Assembly: GCA_965224245.1 (NCBI GenBank)
Contig: OZ245046.1
Coordinates: 1,024,001 to 1,088,000 of the forward strand
DNA: 64,000 bases
Reading direction: 5' to 3'
From: Candidatus Eiseniibacteriota bacterium
Lineage (GTDB): Bacteria > Eisenbacteria > RBG-16-71-46 > CAZAMP01
The position numbers and the translations under genes were made by a program. Under the pieces are notes generated by a model that was not told the DNA's origin, made no database searches, and saw only the letters and a program-made list of their open reading frames with translations. Positions 18,303 to 28,554 of the stretch are shown here, piece after piece. Each line of letters starts with the position of its first letter. Position 1 is the first letter of the stretch.

Positions 18303-19562
18303 ATGGCCAAGCTCGATCGAGGGGATCGCATGAGCATCATCTCGTTGTCGGACCGGGGTCACTCGTCTCGCCGGATCGCCCGCATGCTGGGCGTGACCGA
18401 GGGCACGGTTCGCTACCATCTCCGACGCCACCGCCAGGGCGACCACGACGGCCGGGCCGATCAGCCGCATCTGGCGAGCGCGCACGCCGAGGCCATCACG
18501 CGGTGGATCGAGTCCCGTGGCACCGGTCCGCTCAACGTGGCCGCCCTTCACGATCATCTCCAGGAGGAGCATCGCTACACGGGGAGCCTGCGCTCGGTAC
18601 AGCGCTTCGTTCGCACGCACTACCCCACGCCCGCGCGCCGCGCCCGCCGACGCGTGGAGACCCCGCCGGGCGCGCAAGCGCAGGCGGACTGGAGCGAGTG
18701 GCGGGACGTGTGGATCGGCGGCCGGCGCGAGCGTCTGTACGCGTTCGAGCTTCAGCTGAGCTACAGCCGGTACGCGGTTCGGGTGTGGTCGCGGCGCAAG
18801 GACCAGCTCTCGTGGCATCACGTGCACAACGAGGCGCTGCGGCGTCTGGAGGGCGTGCCGGCCACGATCCGCGTGGACAACGAGCGGACGGCGGTCTCGC
18901 GCGGTGCGGGGTGCTGGGGCGAGCTCAACCCGTCGTACCGGCAGTACGCCCGCGTGGTGCGCTTCCACATCGACGCCTGCCCGCCGCGTGAGCCGTGGAC
19001 GAAGGGGAAGATCGAACGCCGCATCCGTGACGGTCGTTTCTGGAGCGACCCTCGCGACCGTCACTGGGACTCGCTGGTGGAGCTTCAGAGCTGGACCGAC
19101 GAGAGGAGCGTTCGCTCGGCACACCGCCGCCGGTGTCCGCGCACGGGAACGAGCGTGATGAGCGCGTACGCGAGCGAGCAGCCGCTGCTGGGCGCACTGC
19201 CGATCCAGCCCGAACCGTTCGACGTGGTGGTGATGCGGGCGGTGAGCCACGACTGTCTGGTGTCGTTCGAGGGGCGACAGTACTCGGTGCCGTTCCGGTT
19301 CGTGGGTCGCCGGGTCGAGGTGCGTGGCTGCGCCGAGCGGGTGCAGATGCTGGGCGAGGGTGCGATCGTGGCGATGCATCCGCGCTACGGGGAGGAGCGG
19401 ATCGTGATCGATCCGGCCCATTACGAGGGCGAGGACACCGCCACGGTGCGTGCTCCACGCCCGCTGGGGAAGATGGGCCGACGTCTGGAGGAGATCGCCC
19501 AGATGGTGCCCGAGGCGCGTCCGGTCGATCTGTACGCGGCGATCGCCGAGGTGGCCCGATGA
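18303..19562 (+). CDS. istA: IS21-family transposase IstA
   Basis: N-terminal HTH; ETPPGAQAQADW, RVDNE and KGKIER DDE motifs; YSVP C-terminal domain. Alternative start at 18270. Confidence 0.93.
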   Translation: MAKLDRGDRMSIISLSDRGHSSRRIARMLGVTEGTVRYHLRRHRQGDHDGRADQPHLASAHAEAITRWIESRGTGPLNVAALHDHLQEEHRYTGSLRSVQRFVRTHYPTPARRARRRVETPPGAQAQADWSEWRDVWIGGRRERLYAFELQLSYSRYAVRVWSRRKDQLSWHHVHNEALRRLEGVPATIRVDNERTAVSRGAGCWGELNPSYRQYARVVRFHIDACPPREPWTKGKIERRIRDGRFWSDPRDRHWDSLVELQSWTDERSVRSAHRRRCPRTGTSVMSAYASEQPLLGALPIQPEPFDVVVMRAVSHDCLVSFEGRQYSVPFRFVGRRVEVRGCAERVQMLGEGAIVAMHPRYGEERIVIDPAHYEGEDTATVRAPRPLGKMGRRLEEIAQMVPEARPVDLYAAIAEVAR

Positions 19563-20377
19563 GCAGCACCCCCAAGACCAAGAAGATCACGCCCCGACTC
19601 GATCTGGACACGACGCGGGAACGGCTCGAGCAGCTCGGACTGGCGCGTGCGGCCGAGTCGCTCGATCACCTGATCGCCGAGGCGGTCAAGGAGGAGATGC
19701 CGCCGCAACGGTTCCTCGATCAGCTGCTCGGTGAAGAGCTCTCGTTCCGCGATGAGCGTCGCGTACGGACCTCGCTGAAGCTCTCCGGTCTGCCCACTGG
19801 ACAGACGCTGGGGAACTTCGACTTCGCGTTCCAGCCGTCGATCGAGCGCTCGCGGATCGAGACGCTGGCCACGTGTCAGTGAATCCGAGAGAACCGGACG
19901 CTCTTGATCCAGGGACCGCCAGGAGTCGGGAAGACGCATCTGGCGGTGGCGCTCGGCATCCGAGCGGTCGAAGCCGGGTTCGGCGTCACGTTCATGCGAC
20001 TCGAAGAACTGCTGGCCGCACTACGGCGCGATGCCGATCTGCCACCGGCGAGGATCCGGCGACGCAAGTATGCGAACGTGTCGCTGCTCGTGATCGACGA
20101 AGTCGGGTTCGAGCCGATGAACCGGCACGAGGCGAGTCTGTTCTTCCGGCTCGTCAGCTATCGCTATCAGCGCGGCGCGATCCTCATCACCACGAACAAG
20201 GGCATCCGAGACTGGCCGGAGATCCTCGCCGGAGACGAGATCCTGGCCACGGCCATCCTCGATCGCCTGCTTCATCGCAGTCACGTGCTGAACATCGCCG
20301 GGCGGAGCTACCGGCTCCGGGACCTGGAACGAGCCGCGACGGCCGCTCACACGACCTCAACTGCGCGCGACACCTGA
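19559..20377 (+). pseudogene. istB: IS21 helper ATPase IstB with internal stop (TGA 19880-19882)
   Basis: ATGA overlap with istA. Reads FDFAFQP...ATCQ*IRENRTLLIQGPPGVGKT (Walker A), LLVIDEVG, ITTNK, AILDRLLH. The stop lies where Trp (TGG) is expected. Confidence 0.9.
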
Positions 20378-22490
20378 CGGTGTCGCTTGCTGACTCCCGA
20401 GGGCCTGTAAGACGATGAAAGGAGAACCACTTATCCCGAACTCAGGTGCGTAAGACTGGGTGTCGCCTAAGTGCGTAACACTGGGTGTCGCTTGACATGG
20501 GCTACTTTCTGATCGACGCAGGCAGCACGGGTGCGATCAGTGCGACCGTCGATGATCGTTTCAAGCGTGCGGAGTACGTCTCGTCCGGTGAGTTGAAAGA
20601 GTTCGGGTTGTTCGGGGCCGCGGACGTGGATGGTGAGGGTGCCGGCGAGACGCTCTGCGGCGTCTCGATGAGCGACTTCGCCTTGAGCATCCCGGACACG
20701 CTCCCGATCCCGATCGGCGACACCGATTCCATCGGTGTCGCCGGGGGAATCCCCGAGCGCTGGAAGGAATCGACCGGAGCATCCGGCAATCGGGCGTCGA
20801 CATACTGCATCGGCTGGCTGAACGACCGCCCGGGCACGTCGGTCAGCTTCGGCTTCTGGGAGCCCGTCGACGACGTCGTGGAGTACCTCGTGCAGTTCAA
20901 CGATCTCGTCGAGGGGCCGATCTCGCAGAAGACCCTCTGGCAGCGCACGGCGAACCCGATCGGGGAGATCCAGAGGCCGTACTCGCACTGGATGGAGATC
21001 GGCTCGGACGACCGTGTGTTCGTCGCCCACGCGACGTCCGACGCCGAGGGGTACTATCTCGGAACGAAGACGGCTTGCGTGACCACCGATGGCGCCCAGT
21101 GGATCGTCGATCACGACCCGAGGTGGGGCGGCGATCGCCATCTCCTGCGGGACATCAACCTCACCAACGACGGTTTCGTCGCCGTTCTGATGGAGCGGCG
21201 ATACGACAACGGAGATGATCCCTGGTATCTCGGTCAGCTGGATCTCTACGATCCCGCAAGCGGGACGGTGATGCTCACGGCACCCGTGCTGTCCGATGCG
21301 TCGGTGAGCGGGAGCTATCTCTGGCGGAGCGTGCACGATCCGGAGCACGACGTGATCTGGGTGCTCGCGTCTTCGATCGCAGATGACGGCTATACGTTCG
21401 ACTTCGTCTACGAGGTCTACCGGTCGAACCTCCAGCGGGCTGCGGCCGGTCGCATCACCGCGCCGACGAAGCCCTTCATGTCCGAGAACGTCTTCGGTGC
21501 GGCGTGCGGGGGCAACGGAGACGTCTACTTCTCGGGAGTGGCCCTGCCCGACGTGGACTCCGAGGTCGACGCGTTCATCATGCGACTCGACTTCGACGGC
21601 AGCGACGCATCGGTCAACTACGTCAACACGCTCGATGCCGTGGATCTGACGGCACTCGACTCGGGGATCTTCGTGTCGGGTGAGACCGCCGAGTACATGA
21701 TCGGGGATCTGGCCGTCAATCGCTTCGGCGGCGCCGACGACGTCGTGATGCCGGGCTCCGTCTGGTGGTCGGAGACGAGCCGTGAGTACCAGGTGGCGCT
21801 TCGCGTCAAGAAGGACACGGGCCTGCCCGACCTGGTCTCGTCGACGCGATGGCCCGGGGGCTACGTCGTCTCGTACTTCGGTGAGATCGCCGGACGTCTC
21901 CTCGCGGCTGACATCGACGAGAACGGAGGGGTGGTACTCGGGGGTACGAGGGCGTTCTACGACACCGTCGAGGGATACTCCGGGGAAGCCAGCATCACGC
22001 GACGACCCTTGAACTCCTTGGAGTCACCCAGCGAGCGGTGGGATGTCTCTCTCCCCGGAGCATCGGATGCCAGCGGGCGCACATCCATGACGCGATCGGT
22101 TGCCTCGACATCCATCGCCGGGTATCTCTACCACGTGGCGGGCGGGACCGAACGAACAGGCGCGACGTCGCTGGAGTACCTCAACTGGAACGGGTTGTGG
22201 TCGTACGACTTGCCCATCGCGGTTCCGGGAGGTGGGGGCGAACGGCTCGAGTCGCTCCGGGTCACGGCGGGCCGACGACCCGTCGTCAAACACGCATTCA
22301 CGTTGGGGAATGGCGGTACAATAGACGTGTTTGGCACGGCGGGAAGACTGGTGCGCACGGTCGCGTTCGGGCCTGACGATGAGTACACGGTGCTTGATGA
22401 ATTGCCTGTTGGAGTCTATTTCCTGAGACTGGAAGCCAAGGAAGGACGTTCAGTTGGTAAGGCCATAGCGACTCCGTGAGGAGGGTCGGA

Positions 22491-23021
22491 ATGGACAGGC
22501 TGTTGGCGATCGGGACCTCACTTCTAGTTGGCTGCCTCGCTCAGGCTGCGCTCGCAGAGCAGCTGGATGTGGCGGTGACTGCCTATGTCGGCGACGAGCT
22601 CTGGGACTTTCAAGGGTTCGTCGAGTTCCACGATGTGGACAGAGAGTACGGAGAGACCTTCGTCATCGAGTTCCAGTGTGAGCCAGACGACGAGAACACC
22701 GAGCTGTTCGTGATGACGTTCGATTCGCGTTCCGGCGATGGTAGGGGTGAGACGGGAATACGAGCGATTGGAGAAGCGCCCGACCGATGGGATCGGATGG
22801 GGGTCCGTTACGTGCGGTACGAGAATCTCGGGGAACGATCGTTTCGATCGAGCTTCGGCGCGACGCATGGCACCGAAGCATACGTACCCGGGGATCGCAT
22901 CTCGAAGGTCCGGATCCACGCATGGGGGAACACCACCGAGGTGTTCGATGTGCTCATATCGAACTACGATGTACCTGTCATGAATGCCTCGTGGACGAGA
23001 ATCAAGAACCACTACCGCTAG
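22491..23021 (+). CDS. Secreted 176-aa hypothetical protein, C-terminal SWxxIKxxY motif (tandem copy 1)
   Basis: SD GAGGAGG; signal peptide; ends VPVMNASWTRIKNHYR; highly similar to the next gene. Confidence 0.85.
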   Translation: MDRLLAIGTSLLVGCLAQAALAEQLDVAVTAYVGDELWDFQGFVEFHDVDREYGETFVIEFQCEPDDENTELFVMTFDSRSGDGRGETGIRAIGEAPDRWDRMGVRYVRYENLGERSFRSSFGATHGTEAYVPGDRISKVRIHAWGNTTEVFDVLISNYDVPVMNASWTRIKNHYR

Positions 23022-23122
23022 TCGGCGATCGTCTGGTCCCGGCCGCCTTCGGCGACTCTCCTGCGCGTTATCTTGCTTGCGACGCTCCGGGGCCACCCAT
23101 GCAACTCGGTGAAGAGGGCGGA

Positions 23123-23653
23123 ATGAACAGACCGCTGACAGTGGGGAGCTGTCTTCTGGCCGGTGCCTTCAGTCATGTTGCGCTGGCGGAGCAACTGGAA
23201 GTGGCGGTGACCGCCCACGTCGGCGATGAGCGCTGGGACTTCCAAGGGTTCGTCGAGTTCCACGATGTGGACCGAGCGTACGGGGAGGTCTTCGTCATCG
23301 AGTTCCAGTGTGAACCGGACGACGAGAACACCGAGCTATTCGTGATGACATTCGACTCGCGATCTGGTGAGGGCAGGGGCGAAACCGGAGTACGAGCCGT
23401 GGGAGACGGCCCGGACCGATGGGATGGGATGGGGATCCGCTACGTGCGTTACGAGAACCTCGGGGAGCGGTCGTTTCGATCGAGCTTCGGCACGGCGCAC
23501 GGCGCCGATGCCTACGTTCCCGGGGATCGCATCTCGGAGGTGCGGATCCACGCCTGGGGGAACACCACCGTGGTGTCGGATGTGCTCATCGCAGACGATG
23601 ACGTACCGGTCGTGAACGCCACGTGGGCGAGAATCAAGAGCCACTATCGGTAG
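23123..23653 (+). CDS. Secreted 176-aa hypothetical protein, C-terminal TWxxIKxxY motif (tandem copy 2)
   Basis: Same 531-nt length as copy 1; near-identical mature region; ends VPVVNATWARIKSHYR. Confidence 0.85.
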   Translation: MNRPLTVGSCLLAGAFSHVALAEQLEVAVTAHVGDERWDFQGFVEFHDVDRAYGEVFVIEFQCEPDDENTELFVMTFDSRSGEGRGETGVRAVGDGPDRWDGMGIRYVRYENLGERSFRSSFGTAHGADAYVPGDRISEVRIHAWGNTTVVSDVLIADDDVPVVNATWARIKSHYR

Positions 23654-24575
23654 TCTCGTCACGCGGATCCGGTGAGGTCGACTCCATGCGGATATCGACG
23701 TCTCCGATGGCCAGGCACGCCATCGAGATCGAGCCCAGATCGAACCCACGACTGAAGGTGGTGATCTCCTCGCGGTCGTGATGCAGACCCAGGCTGTACA
23801 GGAGCGGGTAGAAGTGATCCGGCGTCGGGTGTGCCCGCCGGGCCACGTGGCCGAGCGTCTCGTAGTCCACCACGGCTTCGAAGTTCCGATCCTCGATCGC
23901 ACTCAACATCGTCGCCTCGAACTCGACGGCGTAGTCGAACGGCTCGGCCGTCGCACGCATCTCGCGCAGATTGTGCACGAGGTTGCCCGATCCCACGATC
24001 AGAACGCCCCGGTCGCGGAGTGCTCGGAGCTCCCGCGCGAGCGCGTAGTGAAACGCCGGTGGCTTCGCGTAGTCGATCGAGAGCTGCACCACCGGAATCT
24101 CGGCCCCGGGGAACATCGGAAGCAGGACCGACCAGGTTCCGTGATCCAGTCCCCACTCCTCGTCTCGCGTCACGTGCACCCTGCGGACGAGCGCGATCGA
24201 TTCCTCGGCCAGCTCCGGCGATCCCGGCGCGGGATACTGCTGGTCGTAGAGAGCCTGCGGGAAGCCACCGAAGTCGTGAATCGTCCGCGGCCGCTCCATC
24301 GCCGTCACGCGCGTGTCTCCCCGCGTGAGCCAGTGGGCCGACACGCAGAGGATTGCCCGCGGCCGCGGCAGCGTCTCGCCCAGGTGCCGCCAGGCCCGCG
24401 TATAGGCGTTGTCGGATATGGCGTTCATCGGAGACCCGTGACCGATGAAGAGGACCGGAAGCCGATCCGAGCGTGGCAGCTCGTTCAGCTCCGAGAGCGC
24501 GGAGATCGGACGTGAGTGCATGATGGTCAACCCCGCCAGTCCAGTGGTGGTCGAGAGAAAGCGTCTTCGGTCCAC
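23634..24575 (-). CDS. ygiD: 4,5-DOPA dioxygenase extradiol (LigB/YgiD family) with twin-arginine-like N-terminus
   Basis: Motifs PVLFIGHGSPMNA, VSAHW, TIHDFGGFP, GLDHGTWSVL, GSGNLVHNL and AHPTPDHFYPL. GTG start at 24575 after GGAGG; N-terminus VDRRRFL. Confidence 0.9.
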   Translation of the reverse strand: MDRRRFLSTTTGLAGLTIMHSRPISALSELNELPRSDRLPVLFIGHGSPMNAISDNAYTRAWRHLGETLPRPRAILCVSAHWLTRGDTRVTAMERPRTIHDFGGFPQALYDQQYPAPGSPELAEESIALVRRVHVTRDEEWGLDHGTWSVLLPMFPGAEIPVVQLSIDYAKPPAFHYALARELRALRDRGVLIVGSGNLVHNLREMRATAEPFDYAVEFEATMLSAIEDRNFEAVVDYETLGHVARRAHPTPDHFYPLLYSLGLHHDREEITTFSRGFDLGSISMACLAIGDVDIRMESTSPDPRDETTDSGS

Positions 24576-24788
24576 GGCGCGTCTCCTCCGCGTTGGGATC
24601 CTCGCGGGAACTGTATCACGTCGCGATGCGGTGACTCCGCGCATCCGACGGGACCTCGCAGCCTCGCAGGCGACATCGTTCCGCGTGGCCCGGCTCGTGG
24701 TTCGGAGGGTATCATTGAGAGCTGGCCACCTTCTCGGGGGCAGGTGACCGACATCTTGCCGTGAGCACCCGAACCCACGAGGTGTGCG

Positions 24789-27700
24789 ATGACGAATCCG
24801 AGACGAGCGGTGCTCGCGGGTCTTCTCATGACCGCGGTCGCAGCCGCGAGGGCGGAGGACTACCTCGAGTCCTTCACGACGACCACGTACGAGGATCCAG
24901 CGACCTCCACCGTCCTCTGGGACACGGGAGCGGGTGAGATCCGACTCCCGGAGCTGGATCCGGCCCCCGTCGGGAGCCACGCGACACCGGAGCCCGCGCT
25001 CGACGTGTTCGTTTCCGGAGACCTGCTCTACACGGCGACCAACGCGGCGGGGCTTCTGATCTTCGACGTCCGGGACGTGACGTCGCCCACCCTCCTGTCG
25101 GCGTTCACGACGGCACACAAGGCCCAGGAGGTGATCGTCGCCGGAGATCTCGCCTTCGTCGCCGACGCGCTGGGCGGTCTCCAGATCATCGACGTCCGGA
25201 ATCCCGCCGCGCCGGTGCTGGTCGGGGGCATCGCCGTTGCCGGCAACGCGTTGTCGGTGGCCGTGGACGGCAACCACGCCTACGTCGCAGACGCCCTGGC
25301 GCTCCGGGTCATCGGCGTGGCCGATCCGACCAGCCCCGTGCTCGTGGCCAACCTCGGCACTCCGGGGACCGCACGTGGCGTCGTCGTCTCGGGGCGCCTC
25401 GCCTACGTTGCCGACGACGCGGCAGGCATCCAGGTCGTCGACGTGAGCACGCCGGCGAGCCCCACCCTCGTCGGGAGCAACGACGAGGGTCTCACCGCTC
25501 TCGGTGTCTTCGTGTCCGGCGACCAGCTGTTCGTGGCCAATGGCTCCGCCGGGCTCGCCATCCTGGACGTGAGCGATCCCACCGCGCCGAAGGTGATCGG
25601 GGCGGTCGACACGCCCGGAACGGCCACACACGTGACCGTGTCGGGGGATCGCGCGTATCTCGCGTGTGACGCCTCGGGCCTTCAGATCGTCAACGTGTCC
25701 GACCCGACCAATCCGCATGTCGTCGGTGACCATCCCACGTCCGGAGACGCCGACGGGGTCGTGGTGTCGGGGGTCCATGCGTTCCTGGCGAGCTCGTTGG
25801 GCGGCATCGAGATCGTCGAGGTCGCACGACACCTGGTCGACCCTCGCGTGGTCGGGCAGTTCGCGCTTCCGATCGGGACCTTCGGCGTCGAGGTGGCGGG
25901 GGATCTCGCATATGCCGCGACCCAGGGCGGCCTTCACATCGTGTCGAAGGCGGATCCGACGGCGATGTTCGAGATCGGGATGCACACGACGCTCGACGGC
26001 GGCCGTCGCGTCACCCTCTCGGGTGATCTGGCGTACGTCTCGACGTCGGGGGGCAACGTCGAGATCGTCGACGTGCGCGATCCCGCGAGCCCTGCCCTGG
26101 TGGCCACCATTCCGTCCACCGATCTGGTCGAGGGCGTCGTGGTATCGGGGGAGCAGGCGTACGTGGCCAGCGGTCTCAACGGGCTCCGCGTATTCGACGT
26201 ATCGACTCCATCACTTCCCGTCCTGATCGGAAGCTATGACGAGGCGGGACCCTTCTTCGTGTCGGATGTCATCGTCGATGGAGATCTCGCCTACATCGTG
26301 GCTGGCAGCCACGGCCTCCGGATCCTCGACGTCACCGACCCCTCGAGCCCGGCTGCTCTCGGTAGCGTCGTGCCGGGCGGCGGCGAGGGCTTCTATCGGC
26401 TCGACGTCGCCGGTGAGCACGCGTTCGTGATCGATCAGAACTCCTCGTCGCTCCGGGTCTTCGACGTTGCAGATCCGTCCTCGCCGGCGCTGGATGGCGT
26501 CCTCGGCATCGCGGGGCCGGCCACCGACGTTCGTGTCAGCGGTAATCGTGCCTACGTGTTTGCCGCCGACCTCTGGGTCGTCGACGTCACCGATCCCACG
26601 TCTCCCGCCATCGTCGGCGGCCTGCCGCCTGGCGGTTCAGGCTTCGTCGATGCTGACGTGTCCGGTGAGGTCGCCTACGCCGCGGACTTCTTCGGCGGGC
26701 TGGCGGCGATCCAACTACGGACCGACGTCCCGAACGACGCCAACGGCCGGAACGGCCAGTCGCTCCCGGTCAACGACCTCGCTCTCGAGATCGCGACCGT
26801 GCAGATGACGACGACGCAGCTCGGTCCCGTGAGCTGGGAGGTGAGCGGGAATGGTGGAGGCACCTGGCGCTCGATCGTTCCCGGCGGGAGCAAGGTCAGC
26901 TTCTCGCCGGCGGGCACGGGTCTCCTCTGGCGCTCCACCCATGGCTACGATCTCGAGATCAACCCGACGTGCAGCTCCCTCGAGCTTCACTTCCTGTACG
27001 CACCCGGGGTCATCGCGGACGTGGTCGACGTCCCCGATGACCAGGGAGGATGGCTCAGGCTGCAGTTCGATCGATCCGGCTACGACTTCGCCGACGAGCC
27101 GACGACGCCGGTGACGGGGTATGCCCTCCACCGTCGCGTCGACGATCCGCTGGCGCCCGCTCGTGCTACCGGGGCCGGGTGGCTCTCACCCGATGAGCTC
27201 GGACCGGAGACGCTCCGGGATCTCCCGTCGGCGCGCGACGCGGGGGCACGCATCTTCCTCGACGGCCGCGCCGAGGCACCCGCGTTCGACGACGACGTTC
27301 ACCGCCTCGGAGATCTTCCGCCCGGGGTCTGGGAGGTCGTGGGATGGGTGCCCGCGATGCAGAGGGACAGCTACATCGGACTCGTTCCCACCGAAGGCGA
27401 CTCCAGCAGCACCGGCATCCCGTGGTCGGTATACGTGGTCACCACGCACACGACGACCCCGTCGATCTGGTTTGCGAGCCTGGCCGACAGCGCGTACTCC
27501 ACCGACGACGTCCCGCCAGCCGTTCCGACCTCGCTCCGCTTCGACGCTCCATTCCTTCTGACCTGGGATCCCGCACCCGAGGACGACTTCGCCCATCACA
27601 GCGTCTACGGGTCCGAGTCCGCGGACTTCGATCCGATGGCGTCCTTGATCGGATACACGATCGAGCCGAGCTTCGACGTATCGAGCACGTCGTACGCCTA

Positions 27701-28073
27701 CTACCACGTCACGACGTCCGACCATGCCGACAACGAGAGCGACGCCGCGAGCATCGAGGGCAGCCTGCTCGCATCGCCCGAGGATGGCGTTCCCACGGCG
27801 TTCGCGCTGTCGCGCACGGGGCCCAACCCGTTTCGTCAGCGGACGTCACTGACGATCGCCCTTCCGAAGCCGACGAAGGTGCGCCTCGTGCTCCATGACG
27901 TGGGCGGTCGTGTCGTGCGGACGCTCGCCGACGGGGCGTACGCGGCCGGCGTTCACGCGATCGCGTGGGACGCCCGAGACGACGCAGGTCGACCGGTCGG
28001 ACCCGGAATGTACTTCGCACGGATCGAAGCAGGCGAGTTCGAAGCCGTTCGTCGGCTCTCGGTGATCCGCTAG
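24789..28073 (+). CDS. Secreted LVIVD-repeat protein with FN3-like and FlgD-Ig/T9SS-like CTD
   Basis: Many 'VxVSGDxAYVA...GLxIxDVxDPxxP' repeats; CTD PNPF...WDARDDAG...GMYFARI. Confidence 0.9.
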   Translation: MTNPRRAVLAGLLMTAVAAARAEDYLESFTTTTYEDPATSTVLWDTGAGEIRLPELDPAPVGSHATPEPALDVFVSGDLLYTATNAAGLLIFDVRDVTSPTLLSAFTTAHKAQEVIVAGDLAFVADALGGLQIIDVRNPAAPVLVGGIAVAGNALSVAVDGNHAYVADALALRVIGVADPTSPVLVANLGTPGTARGVVVSGRLAYVADDAAGIQVVDVSTPASPTLVGSNDEGLTALGVFVSGDQLFVANGSAGLAILDVSDPTAPKVIGAVDTPGTATHVTVSGDRAYLACDASGLQIVNVSDPTNPHVVGDHPTSGDADGVVVSGVHAFLASSLGGIEIVEVARHLVDPRVVGQFALPIGTFGVEVAGDLAYAATQGGLHIVSKADPTAMFEIGMHTTLDGGRRVTLSGDLAYVSTSGGNVEIVDVRDPASPALVATIPSTDLVEGVVVSGEQAYVASGLNGLRVFDVSTPSLPVLIGSYDEAGPFFVSDVIVDGDLAYIVAGSHGLRILDVTDPSSPAALGSVVPGGGEGFYRLDVAGEHAFVIDQNSSSLRVFDVADPSSPALDGVLGIAGPATDVRVSGNRAYVFAADLWVVDVTDPTSPAIVGGLPPGGSGFVDADVSGEVAYAADFFGGLAAIQLRTDVPNDANGRNGQSLPVNDLALEIATVQMTTTQLGPVSWEVSGNGGGTWRSIVPGGSKVSFSPAGTGLLWRSTHGYDLEINPTCSSLELHFLYAPGVIADVVDVPDDQGGWLRLQFDRSGYDFADEPTTPVTGYALHRRVDDPLAPARATGAGWLSPDELGPETLRDLPSARDAGARIFLDGRAEAPAFDDDVHRLGDLPPGVWEVVGWVPAMQRDSYIGLVPTEGDSSSTGIPWSVYVVTTHTTTPSIWFASLADSAYSTDDVPPAVPTSLRFDAPFLLTWDPAPEDDFAHHSVYGSESADFDPMASLIGYTIEPSFDVSSTSYAYYHVTTSDHADNESDAASIEGSLLASPEDGVPTAFALSRTGPNPFRQRTSLTIALPKPTKVRLVLHDVGGRVVRTLADGAYAAGVHAIAWDARDDAGRPVGPGMYFARIEAGEFEAVRRLSVIR

Positions 28074-28302
28074 GCTTCTCGGCGACCGCGCTCGGCCACC
28101 GGGCATCCACGTGACGCCGCGGGCCGACGACGTCCGGCCGCCGGTCGATCGCGTGGTCGAGCGCCGGAAAACGGCTCAGGCTCACTGGATTCCGCGACTT
28201 CCCGGGCGCTCGGACTCTCACCTCCACGATCCCCCGGGGGCGGCGACCTTCACGTAATCGACATTCTCACAACAGGATACAGGAGAAGTCCCTTCGCAGG
28301 CC

Positions 28303-28346
28303 GTTTCATGAAACAATCACACATGTTGAGCGTAATGTGTAATGCT
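28303..28346. promoter_or_regulatory. Candidate operator: palindrome and inverted/direct repeats
   Basis: GTTTCATGAAAC perfect palindrome (28303-28314); ACACAT-N10-ATGTGT (28319-28340); GTAATG direct repeat; AT-rich; directly upstream of the RHH operon. Confidence 0.5.
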
Positions 28347-28368
28347 CTAGCAGCCAAGGAGGTGCGAG

Positions 28369-28554
28369 ATGACCGAGGAGCAGATCCGAAAGATCGCGGA
28401 CGCGGTGACCGCTGCGTTGAGAGCGAACGAGACCACCGATGTCTGCAGCCCGTCCGACGCGGCCGGCGATGCCTGCTGTAGCGGGACCACTACCTGGAAG
28501 GCGGGCGGCGCCGTCGTGTGCATCTGCGTCAGCCCGCAGGAGAAACGCTCGTGA
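28369..28554 (+). CDS. Small 61-aa Cys-rich protein
   Basis: Strong SD AAGGAGGT; GTGA overlap with the next gene; DACC...VVCICVSP. Confidence 0.7.
   Translation: MTEEQIRKIADAVTAALRANETTDVCSPSDAAGDACCSGTTTWKAGGAVVCICVSPQEKRS

Larger units (their letters stand above)
18204..20497 (+). mobile_element. IS21-family insertion sequence, 2294 bp
   Basis: TGT...ACA ends; internally repeated terminal motif GCGACACCCAG..TTACGCAC at both ends in inverted orientation; 5-bp TSD TGGGC (18199-18203 and 20498-20502); istA-istB content. Confidence 0.95.
17805..22479 (+). pseudogene. Secreted ~791-aa protein with T9SS-like CTD, interrupted by IS21 element (5' part 17805-18203, 3' part 20503-22479)
   Basis: Removing 18204-20502 restores the frame (...DSLVVVG|YFLIDAGSTG...). 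SD GGAGG and signal peptide at 17805. CTD ...GRLVRT...LPVGVYFLRL. Confidence 0.85.

Noticed and set aside
19880-19882. Possible TGA recoding (Trp or Sec) in istB
   Set aside because: TGA terminates many genes in this window and no SECIS-like context is evident. A nonsense mutation is simpler.
24576-25985. Long N-terminal extension of the 783-aa dioxygenase ORF
   Set aside because: It overlaps the LVIVD gene on the opposite strand. The real start is most likely GTG 24575 with its own SD.
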